Below are positions 1 through 8,800 of a stretch of DNA of 32,000 nt, in pieces. Each line of letters begins with the position of its first letter. Position 1 is the first letter of the stretch. The notes under the pieces were generated by a model. It ran no database searches, was not told where the DNA came from, and worked only from the letters and a program-made list of their open reading frames with translations. Origin of the DNA: an uncultured Chloroflexia bacterium (GTDB lineage Bacteria > Chloroflexota > Ktedonobacteria > Ktedonobacterales > JADMIN01); NCBI GenBank assembly GCA_963718915.1, contig CAVRAI010000004.1, positions 540,001 to 572,000 on the forward strand, given 5' to 3'. A program made the translations under genes and the position numbers.

Positions 1-71
1 TGCGGCTGCTCACCAATCGTGAGCTGGGCGCGCTGCTTGCGGCCAAGCGCGCCTTCCTTGACGCTTCGTAG
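1..71 (+). CDS. 3' end of an unidentified CDS entering from the left edge (...RLLTNRELGALLAAKRAFLDAS*)
   Basis: Frame 3 is open from the window edge to TAG at 69-71, with GC-rich third codon positions like the other genes. Too short to identify. Confidence 0.25.
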   Translation, partial: RLLTNRELGALLAAKRAFLDAS

Positions 72-100
72 GCGCAAGATCTAAGCGTCTCACGCGCCTA
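69..100. other. Hairpin between convergent genes (possible weak bidirectional terminator)
   Basis: 7-bp stem TAGGCGC (69-75) / GCGCCTA (94-100) with an 18-nt loop. The two arms contain the two convergent stop codons. No U-tract. Confidence 0.25.
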
Positions 101-1174
101 GAGCCTACCGCGCACTTCACCACTCCCGCTCTTTGCCAGTGCGGCGACGCGGTCCGAGAAGTGGCAGGCGGCGAAGTGGCCACGGCCTGTCTTGTCTTCG
201 AGTGGCGGTTCGACCTCGCGGCAGATATCCTGGGCGATGGGGCAGCGCGTATGGAAGCGACAGCCCGTGGGAATATTGATGGGACTGGGCAGGTCGCCTT
301 TGAGGATGATCCGTTTGCGCTGGCGCTCGACGCGCGGATCGGGGATCGGTACAGCCGAGAGCAGCGCCATGGTGTACGGGTGCAGTGGGTTGACGAAGAG
401 ATCTGTCCGGTCGGATAGCTCCATTAGTTTGCCCAGATACATGACGGCGACACGGGTGGCGACATGGCGCACCACACTCATGTCGTGCGTGATGAAGAGG
501 TAGGTCAGCCCCATCTCGCGCTGGAGACGCTGCATGAGATTAATCACCTGCGCGCGAATCGAGACATCGAGGGCGCTGACTGGTTCATCGGCGACGATGA
601 ACTGCGGCTCAATACTAATAGCGCGGGCAATCGCGATGCGCTGGCGCTGGCCGCCGCTGAACTCATGGGGATAGCGATCCACAAACTGCGGATTCATACC
701 GACTTTTTGCAGCAACTCTTCAGTGCGAGCGCGGATAGTGGATCGCGTGCCGGTCTTGTAAATCACCATAGGTTCGCTAATCAGCGCCCCAACAGTCATG
801 CGTGGATCGAGCGATGCGTACGGATCTTGAAAGATCATCTGCACGCGCTGGCGGATTGTGCGCAAGGCATTGCCTTTCGCGTCACCCAGATCTTCACCAG
901 AGAGGAACATATGACCACTGGTTGGCTGATAGAGACGTACCAGACAGCGCCCTATGGTTGATTTGCCCGACCCACTCTCGCCCACCAGGCCAAGTGTCTC
1001 GCCGCGCTTAATGGTGAACGAGACACCATCCACGGCCCGCACGGCGCCAACCTGACGCTGGAAGATGATTCCCTGTGTGATCGGGAAGTGCATCACCAGG
1101 TCATCAACCTTCAAAATGTCACCAACTGGGGGAGTCGTTGATGATGTTGGGTTCGTCGCGGCAGATGTTTCCAT
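98..1174 (-). CDS. Oligopeptide/dipeptide ABC transporter ATP-binding protein (OppF/DppF type)
   Basis: 358-aa ORF with Walker [13 protein letters not shown] signature FSGGQRQR and Walker B FIVADEP. C-terminal Opp/Dpp-type Cys-rich extension (GCRFHTRCP...C...C). ATG at 1174 is preceded by GAGG. Confidence 0.93.
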   Translation of the reverse strand: METSAATNPTSSTTPPVGDILKVDDLVMHFPITQGIIFQRQVGAVRAVDGVSFTIKRGETLGLVGESGSGKSTIGRCLVRLYQPTSGHMFLSGEDLGDAKGNALRTIRQRVQMIFQDPYASLDPRMTVGALISEPMVIYKTGTRSTIRARTEELLQKVGMNPQFVDRYPHEFSGGQRQRIAIARAISIEPQFIVADEPVSALDVSIRAQVINLMQRLQREMGLTYLFITHDMSVVRHVATRVAVMYLGKLMELSDRTDLFVNPLHPYTMALLSAVPIPDPRVERQRKRIILKGDLPSPINIPTGCRFHTRCPIAQDICREVEPPLEDKTGRGHFAACHFSDRVAALAKSGSGEVRGRL

Positions 1175-1203
1175 CAGTTACCTCGTTCCTCGCCACTGGC
1201 GCC

Positions 1204-2268
1204 CTATTCCGCATAGCCTTGTGTCTCGCCGATGAAACTGCCACCAACCGAACGCAATGGGATATATCCACGCTGCTTTGCCCGCTCAATCTCTGCGGGA
1301 GCCGTCACGTCTACCCAGCAGGCTGATTTGTGCTCTCGCCCCACGGTGACCTCTGGCGGGTAGGTCTTGCATTTCTCGATGGCAAAGGGACAGCGCGGTT
1401 GGAATGGACACCCTTGTGGCGGGTTGAGCATATCCGGTGGTGCGCCTGGAATGGTCTGTAGCTCGTTGACGCCCACATCGTCGAGTCGGGGTACCGAGGC
1501 AAGCAGGCCAAGCGTATAGGGATGGCGGGGATTCGCAAAGAGTTCATCAGTTGGCGCGCGCTCGACAATATGGCCAGCGTACATCACCAAAATGCGATCC
1601 GTGATACCCGCGACCACACCCAGATCGTGCGTAATGAGCATCACCGAGGTGTGTAATTCCTTGCGGAGTTGGCCAATCAGGTCGAGTATCTGCGCCTGGA
1701 CTGTCACATCGAGCGCTGTTGTCGGTTCGTCGGCGATGAGCAGCTTGGGGTTTGCCGCAATGGCGATGGCGATCATGACGCGCTGGCGCATGCCGCCACT
1801 GAACTCGTGGGGATAGCCACGAATGCGGCGCTCGGGATCGGGTATTCCGACCGCGCGCAATAACTCGATGGCTCGGCGATGGGCAACTTCGCCTTTCAAC
1901 CCAAGATGGAGGTTGATAGGCTCCAACAACTGCTGGCCGATACGCATAACGGGATTGAGGCTGGAGATCGGATCCTGGAAGATCATGGATATTTTGCGAC
2001 CACGGATCTTACGCAGATCGCGCTCATCCATGTCAGCCAGATCATGGCCCTCGAAGAGGATTTCGCCTTCAACGATTTCGGCGGGCGGAGTGGGCAACAG
2101 GCGCAGGATCGAGAGCGAGGTGACACTCTTGCCTGAGCCGCTTTCGCCGACGATGCCAATCGTTTCGCCCTCATCAAGGTCGAAGCTCACGCCATTCACT
2201 GCTTTTATCGTGCCGTCCCGCGTGCGGAATTGGGTTTTAAGGCCCTTCACTTCAAGAATCGGAGCCAA
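1204..2268 (-). CDS. Oligopeptide/dipeptide ABC transporter ATP-binding protein (OppD/DppD type)
   Basis: Walker [10 protein letters not shown], signature FSGGMRQR, Walker B LLIADEP, C-terminal [15 protein letters not shown]. The ORF track starts at TTG 2286. I prefer the in-frame TTG at 2268 because GGAGAGGAGAGG lies immediately upstream. The start is uncertain by 18 nt. Confidence 0.9.
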   Translation of the reverse strand: MAPILEVKGLKTQFRTRDGTIKAVNGVSFDLDEGETIGIVGESGSGKSVTSLSILRLLPTPPAEIVEGEILFEGHDLADMDERDLRKIRGRKISMIFQDPISSLNPVMRIGQQLLEPINLHLGLKGEVAHRRAIELLRAVGIPDPERRIRGYPHEFSGGMRQRVMIAIAIAANPKLLIADEPTTALDVTVQAQILDLIGQLRKELHTSVMLITHDLGVVAGITDRILVMYAGHIVERAPTDELFANPRHPYTLGLLASVPRLDDVGVNELQTIPGAPPDMLNPPQGCPFQPRCPFAIEKCKTYPPEVTVGREHKSACWVDVTAPAEIERAKQRGYIPLRSVGGSFIGETQGYAE

Positions 2269-2327
2269 TGAGCCTCTCCTCTCCAACCGTACGTGTCTCT
2301 ATCGAAGTCACTGCCAAAGCGAATGCG

Positions 2328-3284
2328 TCAGCGTTGAGTCAAATGTGGATCGAGCGCATCACGCAGGCCATCGCCGATCAAGTTGAAACAGAGCACTGTA
2401 ATCAGAATCGCGAAGCCCGGAAGGTAGAGCATACGCGGCGCTGAATTAAAGAACGTCTGAGATTGCCCCAGCAACACTCCCCAACTAGACTGCGGGGGAG
2501 TTAGCCCGAAACCGAAGAAGCTGAGGACCGATTCATTGATGATGTTGAGGCCAACCAATAGCGTCGCGTTGACGATGATGGGTCCTGCGGCATTCGGCAG
2601 TATATGGCGCAAGATGAGCCGCAGATCCCCTGCTCCCAGAGTCCTTGTCGCCATCAGAAATTCCTGATGTTTGAGCGCCAGAAACTCCCCGCGTACGATA
2701 CGGGCGGTGCCTGGCCACGCCAGGATCGCAATGATGAATACGACCGTGCTGACCGAGCCATTCGAGAAGATGATGGAAAGCACAAACAACAGGAGCAGGT
2801 AAGGGAGCGCCAGCATCGCGTCAACGACACGCATCAGAGCGTTGTCAACCCAGCCACCGTAGTACCCGGCGATGGCTCCAAGCGTAACGCCGATGCCCAT
2901 TGCCACGAACATTGACGAGAAGCCGACCAGGAGAGAGACTTGAGCGCCAAAGAGCATCCGTGCAAAGAAATCGCGGCCTAGCTCATCCGTTCCCATTGGA
3001 TGAGCCCATGATGGCCCAGCCAGAAGGTCTGAAGGCTTTGGGTGGCTTGGAATCGTGTTTGCAGGGTCATATGTGGCCGTTTGGTGCGTGATGATTGGAG
3101 CAAAGATCGCCATCAGGATGATTATTGATAGGACGATTGCTCCCGCAACAGCGGCTCGGTTGCGCACAAATCGATCGAAGATGATGCGCAACTGACTGCG
3201 ACGTTTGCGTACCAGATCAGGTGTCAACTCAATGGCAGCGATTCCCGATTGTTGGGATGCATCTGGTTGCTGGAGGATTTCCAT
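2328..3284 (-). CDS. Peptide ABC transporter permease (OppC/DppC type)
   Basis: 318-aa polytopic ORF with a binding-protein-dependent-transport EAA-like loop (MATRTLGAGDLRLILRHILPN). ATG at 3284 is preceded by AAGGAAG. Operon context. Confidence 0.9.
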   Translation of the reverse strand: MEILQQPDASQQSGIAAIELTPDLVRKRRSQLRIIFDRFVRNRAAVAGAIVLSIIILMAIFAPIITHQTATYDPANTIPSHPKPSDLLAGPSWAHPMGTDELGRDFFARMLFGAQVSLLVGFSSMFVAMGIGVTLGAIAGYYGGWVDNALMRVVDAMLALPYLLLLFVLSIIFSNGSVSTVVFIIAILAWPGTARIVRGEFLALKHQEFLMATRTLGAGDLRLILRHILPNAAGPIIVNATLLVGLNIINESVLSFFGFGLTPPQSSWGVLLGQSQTFFNSAPRMLYLPGFAILITVLCFNLIGDGLRDALDPHLTQR

Positions 3285-3308
3285 GGCGCTACTTCCTTTC
3301 GACCACGA

Positions 3309-4274
3309 TCACGAGTAGCGGATACGAGGATCCACAACGCCGTACAGGATATCCGCAATCAGGTTGAACATGATGACAAAGGCCGCCGCAAGCAGCAACA
3401 TGGCAATGAGCACCGGATAATCACGGTCATTCAAGGCATCATAGAAGAGATACCCGATGCCAGGCCATGCGAAGACGGTCTCGGTGATGACAGCGCCGCT
3501 GGCGATTCCGCCAAAGTCAATAGCTACCACTGTGATGAAGGGAATCAAGGCGTTGCGCAAAGCGTGGCGAAAGAAGATTACCCGCGAACTTAGCCCTTTG
3601 GAGCGCGCGGTGCGGACATAATCTTGTTTTACCGTATCCAGCATGCTTGAGCGCAGATAGCGACTCCAGCCAGCAATAAACAAAATGGAAAGGACGATGG
3701 CAGGTAAAATTAAGTGTATCGCGTAGTCTTCGACATGGTCGAAGAAGCTAAACCCATTCGTGACTGGAGAACTCTGGCCAAAAACTGGAAGGAGGCGCAA
3801 TTGAACCCCGAAAATGGTCTGCAAAATAAGCGCGAACCAGAACACTGGCAGCGAGATTCCCAGGTACGAGAGGATCGTCAGGGTGTAGTCGGTAAGGGAG
3901 TATTGACGAACAGCGGCGACTACTCCAAAGATAATAGAGACGACGAGCGCTAAACTGAGTGAGGCTGCAAACAGTTCAAGCGTTGCGGGGAATCGGGCGA
4001 AGATATCGCTCGCGACCGACTGGTTATCGGTAAAGGAAACGCCGAAGTCACCGTGTAATGCGCCCTTGAGCCAATTCCAATATTGGATCGGGAGTGGCTG
4101 ATCTAATCCAAGGTTATGGATGATCGCCTTGCGCGCAGCCTCTGTTTGGTGAGGTGAGAGAAAGACCCGATCTGGCCCGCCAGGGATAGCATGAATGAGC
4201 GCGAATAACCCAATCGACAGCAAGAAGAGGATAAATACGGCCTGGATCAGGCGGCGAATGACATAGCGCCTCAT
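3309..4274 (-). CDS. Peptide ABC transporter permease (OppB/DppB type)
   Basis: 321-aa polytopic ORF with the typical MRRYVIRRL N-terminus and EAA loop RTARSKGLSSRVIFFRHALRNALIP. ATG at 4274 is preceded by GGAGGAG. Confidence 0.92.
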   Translation of the reverse strand: MRRYVIRRLIQAVFILFLLSIGLFALIHAIPGGPDRVFLSPHQTEAARKAIIHNLGLDQPLPIQYWNWLKGALHGDFGVSFTDNQSVASDIFARFPATLELFAASLSLALVVSIIFGVVAAVRQYSLTDYTLTILSYLGISLPVFWFALILQTIFGVQLRLLPVFGQSSPVTNGFSFFDHVEDYAIHLILPAIVLSILFIAGWSRYLRSSMLDTVKQDYVRTARSKGLSSRVIFFRHALRNALIPFITVVAIDFGGIASGAVITETVFAWPGIGYLFYDALNDRDYPVLIAMLLLAAAFVIMFNLIADILYGVVDPRIRYS

Positions 4275-4318
4275 GGTGTCTCCTCCTGGATCCCCGCTTA
4301 TGGGTAGTTCGCTACATT

Positions 4319-4358
4319 AGACCACAAATCAGACCACAAATCACTCTGCTCACTCTGC
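4319..4358. repeat. Two adjacent short tandem duplications in the SBP-permease spacer
   Basis: AGACCACAAATC x2 (4319-4330, 4331-4342), immediately followed by CACTCTGC x2 with 9-nt period (4342-4349, 4351-4358). Lies 45-85 nt upstream of the permease ATG. Confidence 0.8.
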
Positions 4359-4493
4359 GGCGCATCCTGAGTCTATCAACTTGGCGCAGTTGTTCTACGT
4401 GCGCTGTTGTAGAGACGGTACCAGGTGCGGGAATTTACTAGTTGCCGCTGAATCCCGGCGGAATAGCAGACGCTGATGAAAGCGCTGGGTATA

Positions 4494-4524
4494 GCACAGC
4501 GACTCCACGAGGGAATCGCTGTGC
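4494..4524 (-). promoter_or_regulatory. Intercistronic stem-loop downstream of the SBP gene
   Basis: 9-bp perfect stem GCACAGCGA (4494-4502) / TCGCTGTGC (4516-4524) with a 13-nt loop, 40 nt after the SBP stop codon. No U-tract, so it looks more like a processing/stability or attenuating hairpin than a classic terminator. Confidence 0.35.
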
Positions 4525-4563
4525 CGTGGTTGGGTTGCTAGTTACCGTGACACCAGGAATTTC

Positions 4564-6279
4564 CTAGCTCAGATACCAGTCCCAGATGTTCCATGTCTCA
4601 GACGGCCCAATGCTGTCTGGCTTGTAGTTGTGTAGTGTCGCCTTGTACTCAGACAGATCCAGCGGTGAGTACAGGTAGAAAATCGGGATGTCCTTGAGGA
4701 TCTGAGCATGGATCTGATGGAAGAGCTGCGTGCGCTGCGTCTGGTCAACCGCCTGCAGCTGCTGAGCTTCCCACTGATCCACCTGTGAGTTGTTGTAGTA
4801 CGTGAGATTCTGTCCGCCCTGTGACGGAACCTGCGTCGAGGTCCAGATCAGGTGCGTGTCTGGATCAACACCCAGGGAGTTCTCGAACTCACCGATATCC
4901 CACTGGTCGTTAGCTTTGTCGTACTTGTGATCGGATGGGAAGAGAATCGGGCCAAAGAAGTCAGACGACGGGAAGTTGACGACATCGATCTTGACGCCAA
5001 TGTTCTTCCAGGCGGCCTGCGCCAACTGCTCGGAGTCGAGGCGATACTGGCGGCCAGCCGTGGTGGAGATGCGCAGCTCGAGCTTCTTGCCGCCCTTGGT
5101 GTAGTAGCCATCGCTACCCATCGTATAGCCGTCGCCCTCCAGGAGGGTCTTGGCTGCGGCTGGGTCGACTTTGGCAGCGCCGTTCGGGCCGTACGGGCAA
5201 TAGCCATCGGCACTGATGAGGTTTGGCTCGTGGGCGAAGGTGCCGGTGTCATCATCACAGGTTGGGACAGCGTTGCCCTTCTGGATGGTTGTGATCTCCT
5301 GCTTGACATCGAAGCTCAGTGCCAGCGCCTGACGCACGACCGGATCGGCCAGCGTCGGGTTGCTCAGGTTGAAGTAGAGCGCCTCGTAGTTTGGCGACTG
5401 CTTCGGCGTGAAGAGGTTGTAACCAGGGATGTTCTTCAGCGTATCGACATCGGTCACAGGAAGGAAGTAGGCGGTGTCGATCTGGCCGGCCTGGAGCGCC
5501 TTGACCTGAGTCTCAGCGTCCGGGAAGAACTTGAACGTGACCTGGTCCAGATACGGTTTGCCTGCCTGGTAGTAGTTCGGATTCCGCTTGACGGTGATGT
5601 GGTCGCCTTTGACGTGGTCAGAGTCAGCGACCGTGAATGGGCCGCTGGTCACTGTAGGTGTAAAGACCTTGGCGATGTCACCAGGAGCGGTATTCTGATA
5701 GATGTGCTGCGGCAACGGAGTGAAGATCAGCGGGTCGGTCAAGGCCAATGTCAGGAAGGCGACATTGATCTTGTTGAGATGGATGGCCACCGTGCTGGCA
5801 TCAGGCGTGTCGACGCTGGCGATGTCTTGCGCCGGGAAACCCTGCTTGTCCCCGTAGGCGGGATCCGAATAGGTTTTGATTGCGAAGGCAACGTCAGCCG
5901 AGGTGAGCGGCTGTCCATCCGACCACTTCAGGTTCGGACGCAGATGAAGGTTGAAGGTCTCTGTGCTACCAGAAACGACAATGCCACCATTGCTGGCGCT
6001 TGGGACTTCTGTGAGCAGCCCAGGAGCTAACTGGAACTGGTCTGTCGTATAGACCAGCGATGCCCAAATGGCTGCGTCAACAAGATCCGCGAACGTCTCG
6101 GTTGACTGTGCAGGCATGATGCTATTTGCTTCTTCCTGCACACCATCGATAATGCTGCCGCCCTTTTTCGGGCCGCTACTAGTGGTGGTGCTGGCGGTGG
6201 GTCCGCAGGCTGATAGTGCCGTCACCATCAGTAGCAATCCAACCGCCAGGAGATACCAGAGATTGCGCTGTCTGAGCAT
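4564..6279 (-). CDS. Peptide ABC transporter substrate-binding lipoprotein (SBP family 5)
   Basis: 571-aa ORF with a signal peptide and lipobox LSAC followed by a Ser/Thr-rich linker. Family-5 SBP length and sequence style. AGGAGG lies 9 nt upstream of ATG 6279. Heads the opp-like operon. Confidence 0.9.
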   Translation of the reverse strand: MLRQRNLWYLLAVGLLLMVTALSACGPTASTTTSSGPKKGGSIIDGVQEEANSIMPAQSTETFADLVDAAIWASLVYTTDQFQLAPGLLTEVPSASNGGIVVSGSTETFNLHLRPNLKWSDGQPLTSADVAFAIKTYSDPAYGDKQGFPAQDIASVDTPDASTVAIHLNKINVAFLTLALTDPLIFTPLPQHIYQNTAPGDIAKVFTPTVTSGPFTVADSDHVKGDHITVKRNPNYYQAGKPYLDQVTFKFFPDAETQVKALQAGQIDTAYFLPVTDVDTLKNIPGYNLFTPKQSPNYEALYFNLSNPTLADPVVRQALALSFDVKQEITTIQKGNAVPTCDDDTGTFAHEPNLISADGYCPYGPNGAAKVDPAAAKTLLEGDGYTMGSDGYYTKGGKKLELRISTTAGRQYRLDSEQLAQAAWKNIGVKIDVVNFPSSDFFGPILFPSDHKYDKANDQWDIGEFENSLGVDPDTHLIWTSTQVPSQGGQNLTYYNNSQVDQWEAQQLQAVDQTQRTQLFHQIHAQILKDIPIFYLYSPLDLSEYKATLHNYKPDSIGPSETWNIWDWYLS

Positions 6280-6397
6280 TCTGGCGAGCCTCCTACGAAT
6301 CCGCTCTGGCCGACGCTACGCAACACGTGCGATGAACGTCAGCGCGCCATGAGTCCGCTACGCATTTCAACGGACTTGCCAATTATTACGTACTCGT

Positions 6398-6413
6398 TGT
6401 GAGCAAACTCACA
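6398..6413. promoter_or_regulatory. CRP/FNR-family-type operator candidate TGTGA-N6-TCACA
   Basis: Perfect palindrome TGTGAgcaaacTCACA, centred about 126 nt upstream of the SBP start codon in the only promoter-capable gap of the operon. Confidence 0.45.
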
Positions 6414-6421
6414 CAAGAAGT

Positions 6422-6451
6422 GCTGAGATTGGCTGAGATTGGCTGAGATTG
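6422..6451. repeat. Three perfect tandem copies of a 10-bp unit (GCTGAGATTG)
   Basis: Read directly: 6422-6431, 6432-6441 and 6442-6451 are identical. Starts 9 nt from the CRP-like site, between the redoxin-like stop codon (6476) and the opp promoter region. Confidence 0.95.
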
Positions 6452-6475
6452 TATAAGTAGCGCTCGCAAAAGCTT

Positions 6476-7015
6476 TTACGTGCCCGGCCAGATAGGGAGA
6501 CCACAGGCACAGTCTTCCTGCTCGGCAAATGCGAATGTAGCCATGAGTTCGGCCAGCGATGGCCACTGCGATGGTTCGTCGGCAACCCATGCATCGAGGC
6601 ACTCATTGTAGCGGCCAACCGCGACCAGCGCCACGCACGGAGGCGCAGGAACTGCCGAAGGTTTCTCAGTTCGCAAATAGCTGTCGCGTGCTGTATTGCC
6701 TGGGTCAGACAGGAGCTTCCCGGGGATGTCTAGCTCATGCTGGAGGGCGGATAGCGTTGCGGAGTCGTCCGGGAAGACTAGCAGCGGCTGCACAGTGAGG
6801 TAGTCAAGTTCTTCGCGTGCGGGCGCAAACGCCGACAACCAGGCATGGCAATCGGGACACGTCGCGCTATGCAGCAGCGCAAGCAGAACGGGACGGCGCT
6901 GCCGAAACGACCTGAGGCGAATGATAGCGCCACTGACGTCAGGCAGCGCGAAACCAGGCAAAGTGGTCCTGGGTTGGAGCAAAAGCGCTGACGTTGCATT
7001 GGAGAAAGTGGGCAT
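6476..7015 (-). CDS. Thioredoxin-fold (redoxin/AhpC-TSA-like) protein with CPDC motif
   Basis: The pattern LPGFALPDVSG..IRL..F..RPVLLALLHSATCPDC is typical of the redoxin family. I use the internal ATG at 7015 (AGGAGG 7 nt upstream) rather than the track start at 7111. Confidence 0.7.
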   Translation of the reverse strand: MPTFSNATSALLLQPRTTLPGFALPDVSGAIIRLRSFRQRRPVLLALLHSATCPDCHAWLSAFAPAREELDYLTVQPLLVFPDDSATLSALQHELDIPGKLLSDPGNTARDSYLRTEKPSAVPAPPCVALVAVGRYNECLDAWVADEPSQWPSLAELMATFAFAEQEDCACGLPIWPGT

Positions 7016-7052
7016 AGAATCCTCCTGGCGCGGCGGCGCAACCTCTCTGGTT

Positions 7053-7085
7053 CCCCCTCCTTTGTAGGGGGTTAGGGGAGAGGGG
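7053..7085. repeat. G/C-tract hairpin element (CCCCCT-N7-AGGGGG followed by TTAGGGGAGAGGGG)
   Basis: 6-bp stem at 7053-7058 / 7066-7071 plus an adjacent G-tract, lying between the CBS stop codon and the redoxin-like start. Resembles short REP-like intergenic elements. Confidence 0.4.
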
Positions 7086-7136
7086 CAGCTGCCACCATGA
7101 AAACGTCCCAAGCGAATGAGCAGGTATGTCTAGCTG

Positions 7137-8498
7137 TTATACGTTGCGCGCCCAGAATTCCATCAGGTCGCTCTTGGAGACGACGCCGCTCAGCCCATCG
7201 GCTCCGATAACGGCGATTGCGCTCTGTCCACCCGCGAAGAGCGTATAGGCCTCGCGCACGGTGGCGGTCTCGGCCATCGCGGGCAGCGGCGCATCCTGCC
7301 AGTCACCAACCATGCGCCCCTCCAGTGGTTCGCCCGCCGCCAATCGCTGCAAGAGCGATGTCTCGGTGAGCGACCCGACGACTTTGCCGTCTTCGATCAC
7401 TGGGAGCTGCGAGATGCCGTACCGATGGAATCGCTCTATGGCAGTTGTCACAGGATCGCCTGGGGCAATGCCGATGACCGCGGGGAGCGCAGGTTCCGAC
7501 TGGCGTCGGAATGCCAGCACATCCGCAAGCGTGGGTTGCGCGGGGACTTCGAGGAAACCGTTCTCGCGAAGCCATGTCTCGTTGTATTGCTTCGACAGAT
7601 AACCACGGCCAGTATCTGGCAGCAGCACCACAATCAGATCATCTGGCCCGCGATCCTTGGCATATTCCAGCGCCGCGGCCACCGCCGTGCCGGCAGATCC
7701 ACCGCAGAGCATCCCTTCCTCGCGGGCAAGACGCCGCGCGATGTGGAACGAGGTGCGGTCATCCACACGGATGACCCGATCAACTACCGACTCGTCCCAG
7801 TTGGCCGGATACGCATCCTGGCCAATCCCTTCAACCTTGTAGGGGCGAATTTCATCATGAGAATAGATCGACCCTGCCGGATCAGCGCCGATAATTTGTA
7901 TCTTCGAGTCGCGCTCTTTCAGATAGCGCGCCGTGCCGATGATCGTTCCGGCAGTGCCGACTCCCGCTACAAAGGCGGTCACTTTGCCATCGGTGTCGTC
8001 CCAGATTTCTGGACCGGTGGTGCGGTAGTGCGAGAGCGGATTGGCGGGGTTGGAATATTGGTCGGGGCTGCATGCGCCTGGAATCTCACGGGCGAGCCGC
8101 GCCGCGACATTGCGGTAGCTCTCTGGAGAATCGGAGGGAACACTGTTGGGGCAGATCACCACTTCGGCGCCTAACGCGCGTAACAGGCTGCGTTTTTCCT
8201 CAGCCACTTTATCGGTCATCACGCAGATGAGGTGGTAGCCCTTGATCGCGGCTGCCAGCGCCAGCCCGGTGCCGGTGTTGCCGCTGGTTGGCTCGATGAT
8301 CGTACCGCCAGGTTTGAGCTTTCCAGACTGCTCGCATGCCTCCACCAGGGAGAGGCCGATCCGGTCTTTGACACTGCCGCCTGGATTGAAGGACTCGACC
8401 TTTGCCAGTACGGTCGCCGATATGTCCTGCGTAACCCGGTTCAGACGAATGAGTGGCGTGCGTCCGATGGTTTCGAGAATGTTCTGGTAGTAGCGCAT
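7137..8498 (-). CDS. Cystathionine beta-synthase (PLP-dependent CysK/CysM-fold domain plus C-terminal CBS/Bateman pair)
   Basis: 453 aa. N-terminus IGRTPLIRLNR...KVESFNPGGSVKDRIG (PLP lysine motif), GNTG loop, and a C-terminal region of about 120 aa with CBS-domain style (ISQLPVIEDGKVVGSL..., AIAVIGADGLSGVVSKSDL). Confidence 0.88.
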   Translation of the reverse strand: MRYYQNILETIGRTPLIRLNRVTQDISATVLAKVESFNPGGSVKDRIGLSLVEACEQSGKLKPGGTIIEPTSGNTGTGLALAAAIKGYHLICVMTDKVAEEKRSLLRALGAEVVICPNSVPSDSPESYRNVAARLAREIPGACSPDQYSNPANPLSHYRTTGPEIWDDTDGKVTAFVAGVGTAGTIIGTARYLKERDSKIQIIGADPAGSIYSHDEIRPYKVEGIGQDAYPANWDESVVDRVIRVDDRTSFHIARRLAREEGMLCGGSAGTAVAAALEYAKDRGPDDLIVVLLPDTGRGYLSKQYNETWLRENGFLEVPAQPTLADVLAFRRQSEPALPAVIGIAPGDPVTTAIERFHRYGISQLPVIEDGKVVGSLTETSLLQRLAAGEPLEGRMVGDWQDAPLPAMAETATVREAYTLFAGGQSAIAVIGADGLSGVVSKSDLMEFWARNV

Positions 8499-8800
8499 AT
8501 GTCCTCACGGCGGCGAATCCCGCCCTGCGACTTTCGCCGCACAACGGCCTTCTGGGGGATCCCAGGATGGCGATGAACATCACTGTTCGTGGCGCGCATC
8601 ATCGTCGCGCCATCGTAGTGCATAGTATATCGAAAGAGCGAAGAGCGCCAGCATGGGGGAGTCGTGCCTGTTGAGTTACAGTCGAAAAAAGGCAGCCATG
8701 TGGCAGCGACTGTGCCGCGGGGCACTATAATCACACAGATGGCGCGATCACATGCGCCTGGCGGGTTGAGCGGCGAAATACTCAGGAAAACAGGTGGGCA

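Noticed and set aside
4852-6030. 392-aa plus-strand ORF
   Set aside because: Antisense shadow of the SBP gene. Its low-complexity Arg/Val/Gly/Asp-rich sequence carries no motifs.
6422-6451. CRISPR-like array
   Set aside because: The 10-bp units are contiguous with no spacers, and no cas genes are nearby. This is a simple tandem repeat.
7016-7111. N-terminal extension of the redoxin-like ORF (similar extensions at 21227-21331, 23385-23525, 27395-27448, 29409-29447, 30320-30445 and 17831-17851)
   Set aside because: In each case an internal ATG has a strong AGGAGG-type SD at proper spacing. The upstream extension is non-conserved-looking or crosses hairpin or promoter-like sequence.
7425-8174. 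249-aa plus-strand ORF (and other ORFs at 7261-8583)
   Set aside because: Antisense or overlapping shadows of the cystathionine beta-synthase gene.
8499-8640. SAM-I/SAM-IV/SAH riboswitch upstream of cbs
   Set aside because: The conserved blocks I recall (for example GAGGGA...GCAACC of SAM-I/IV) are absent; only generic stems are present.
8726-8731. TATAAT hexamer as promoter for the 8801 membrane-protein gene
   Set aside because: No acceptable -35 or TG extension occurs at the right spacing, so a single hexamer is not enough to call.
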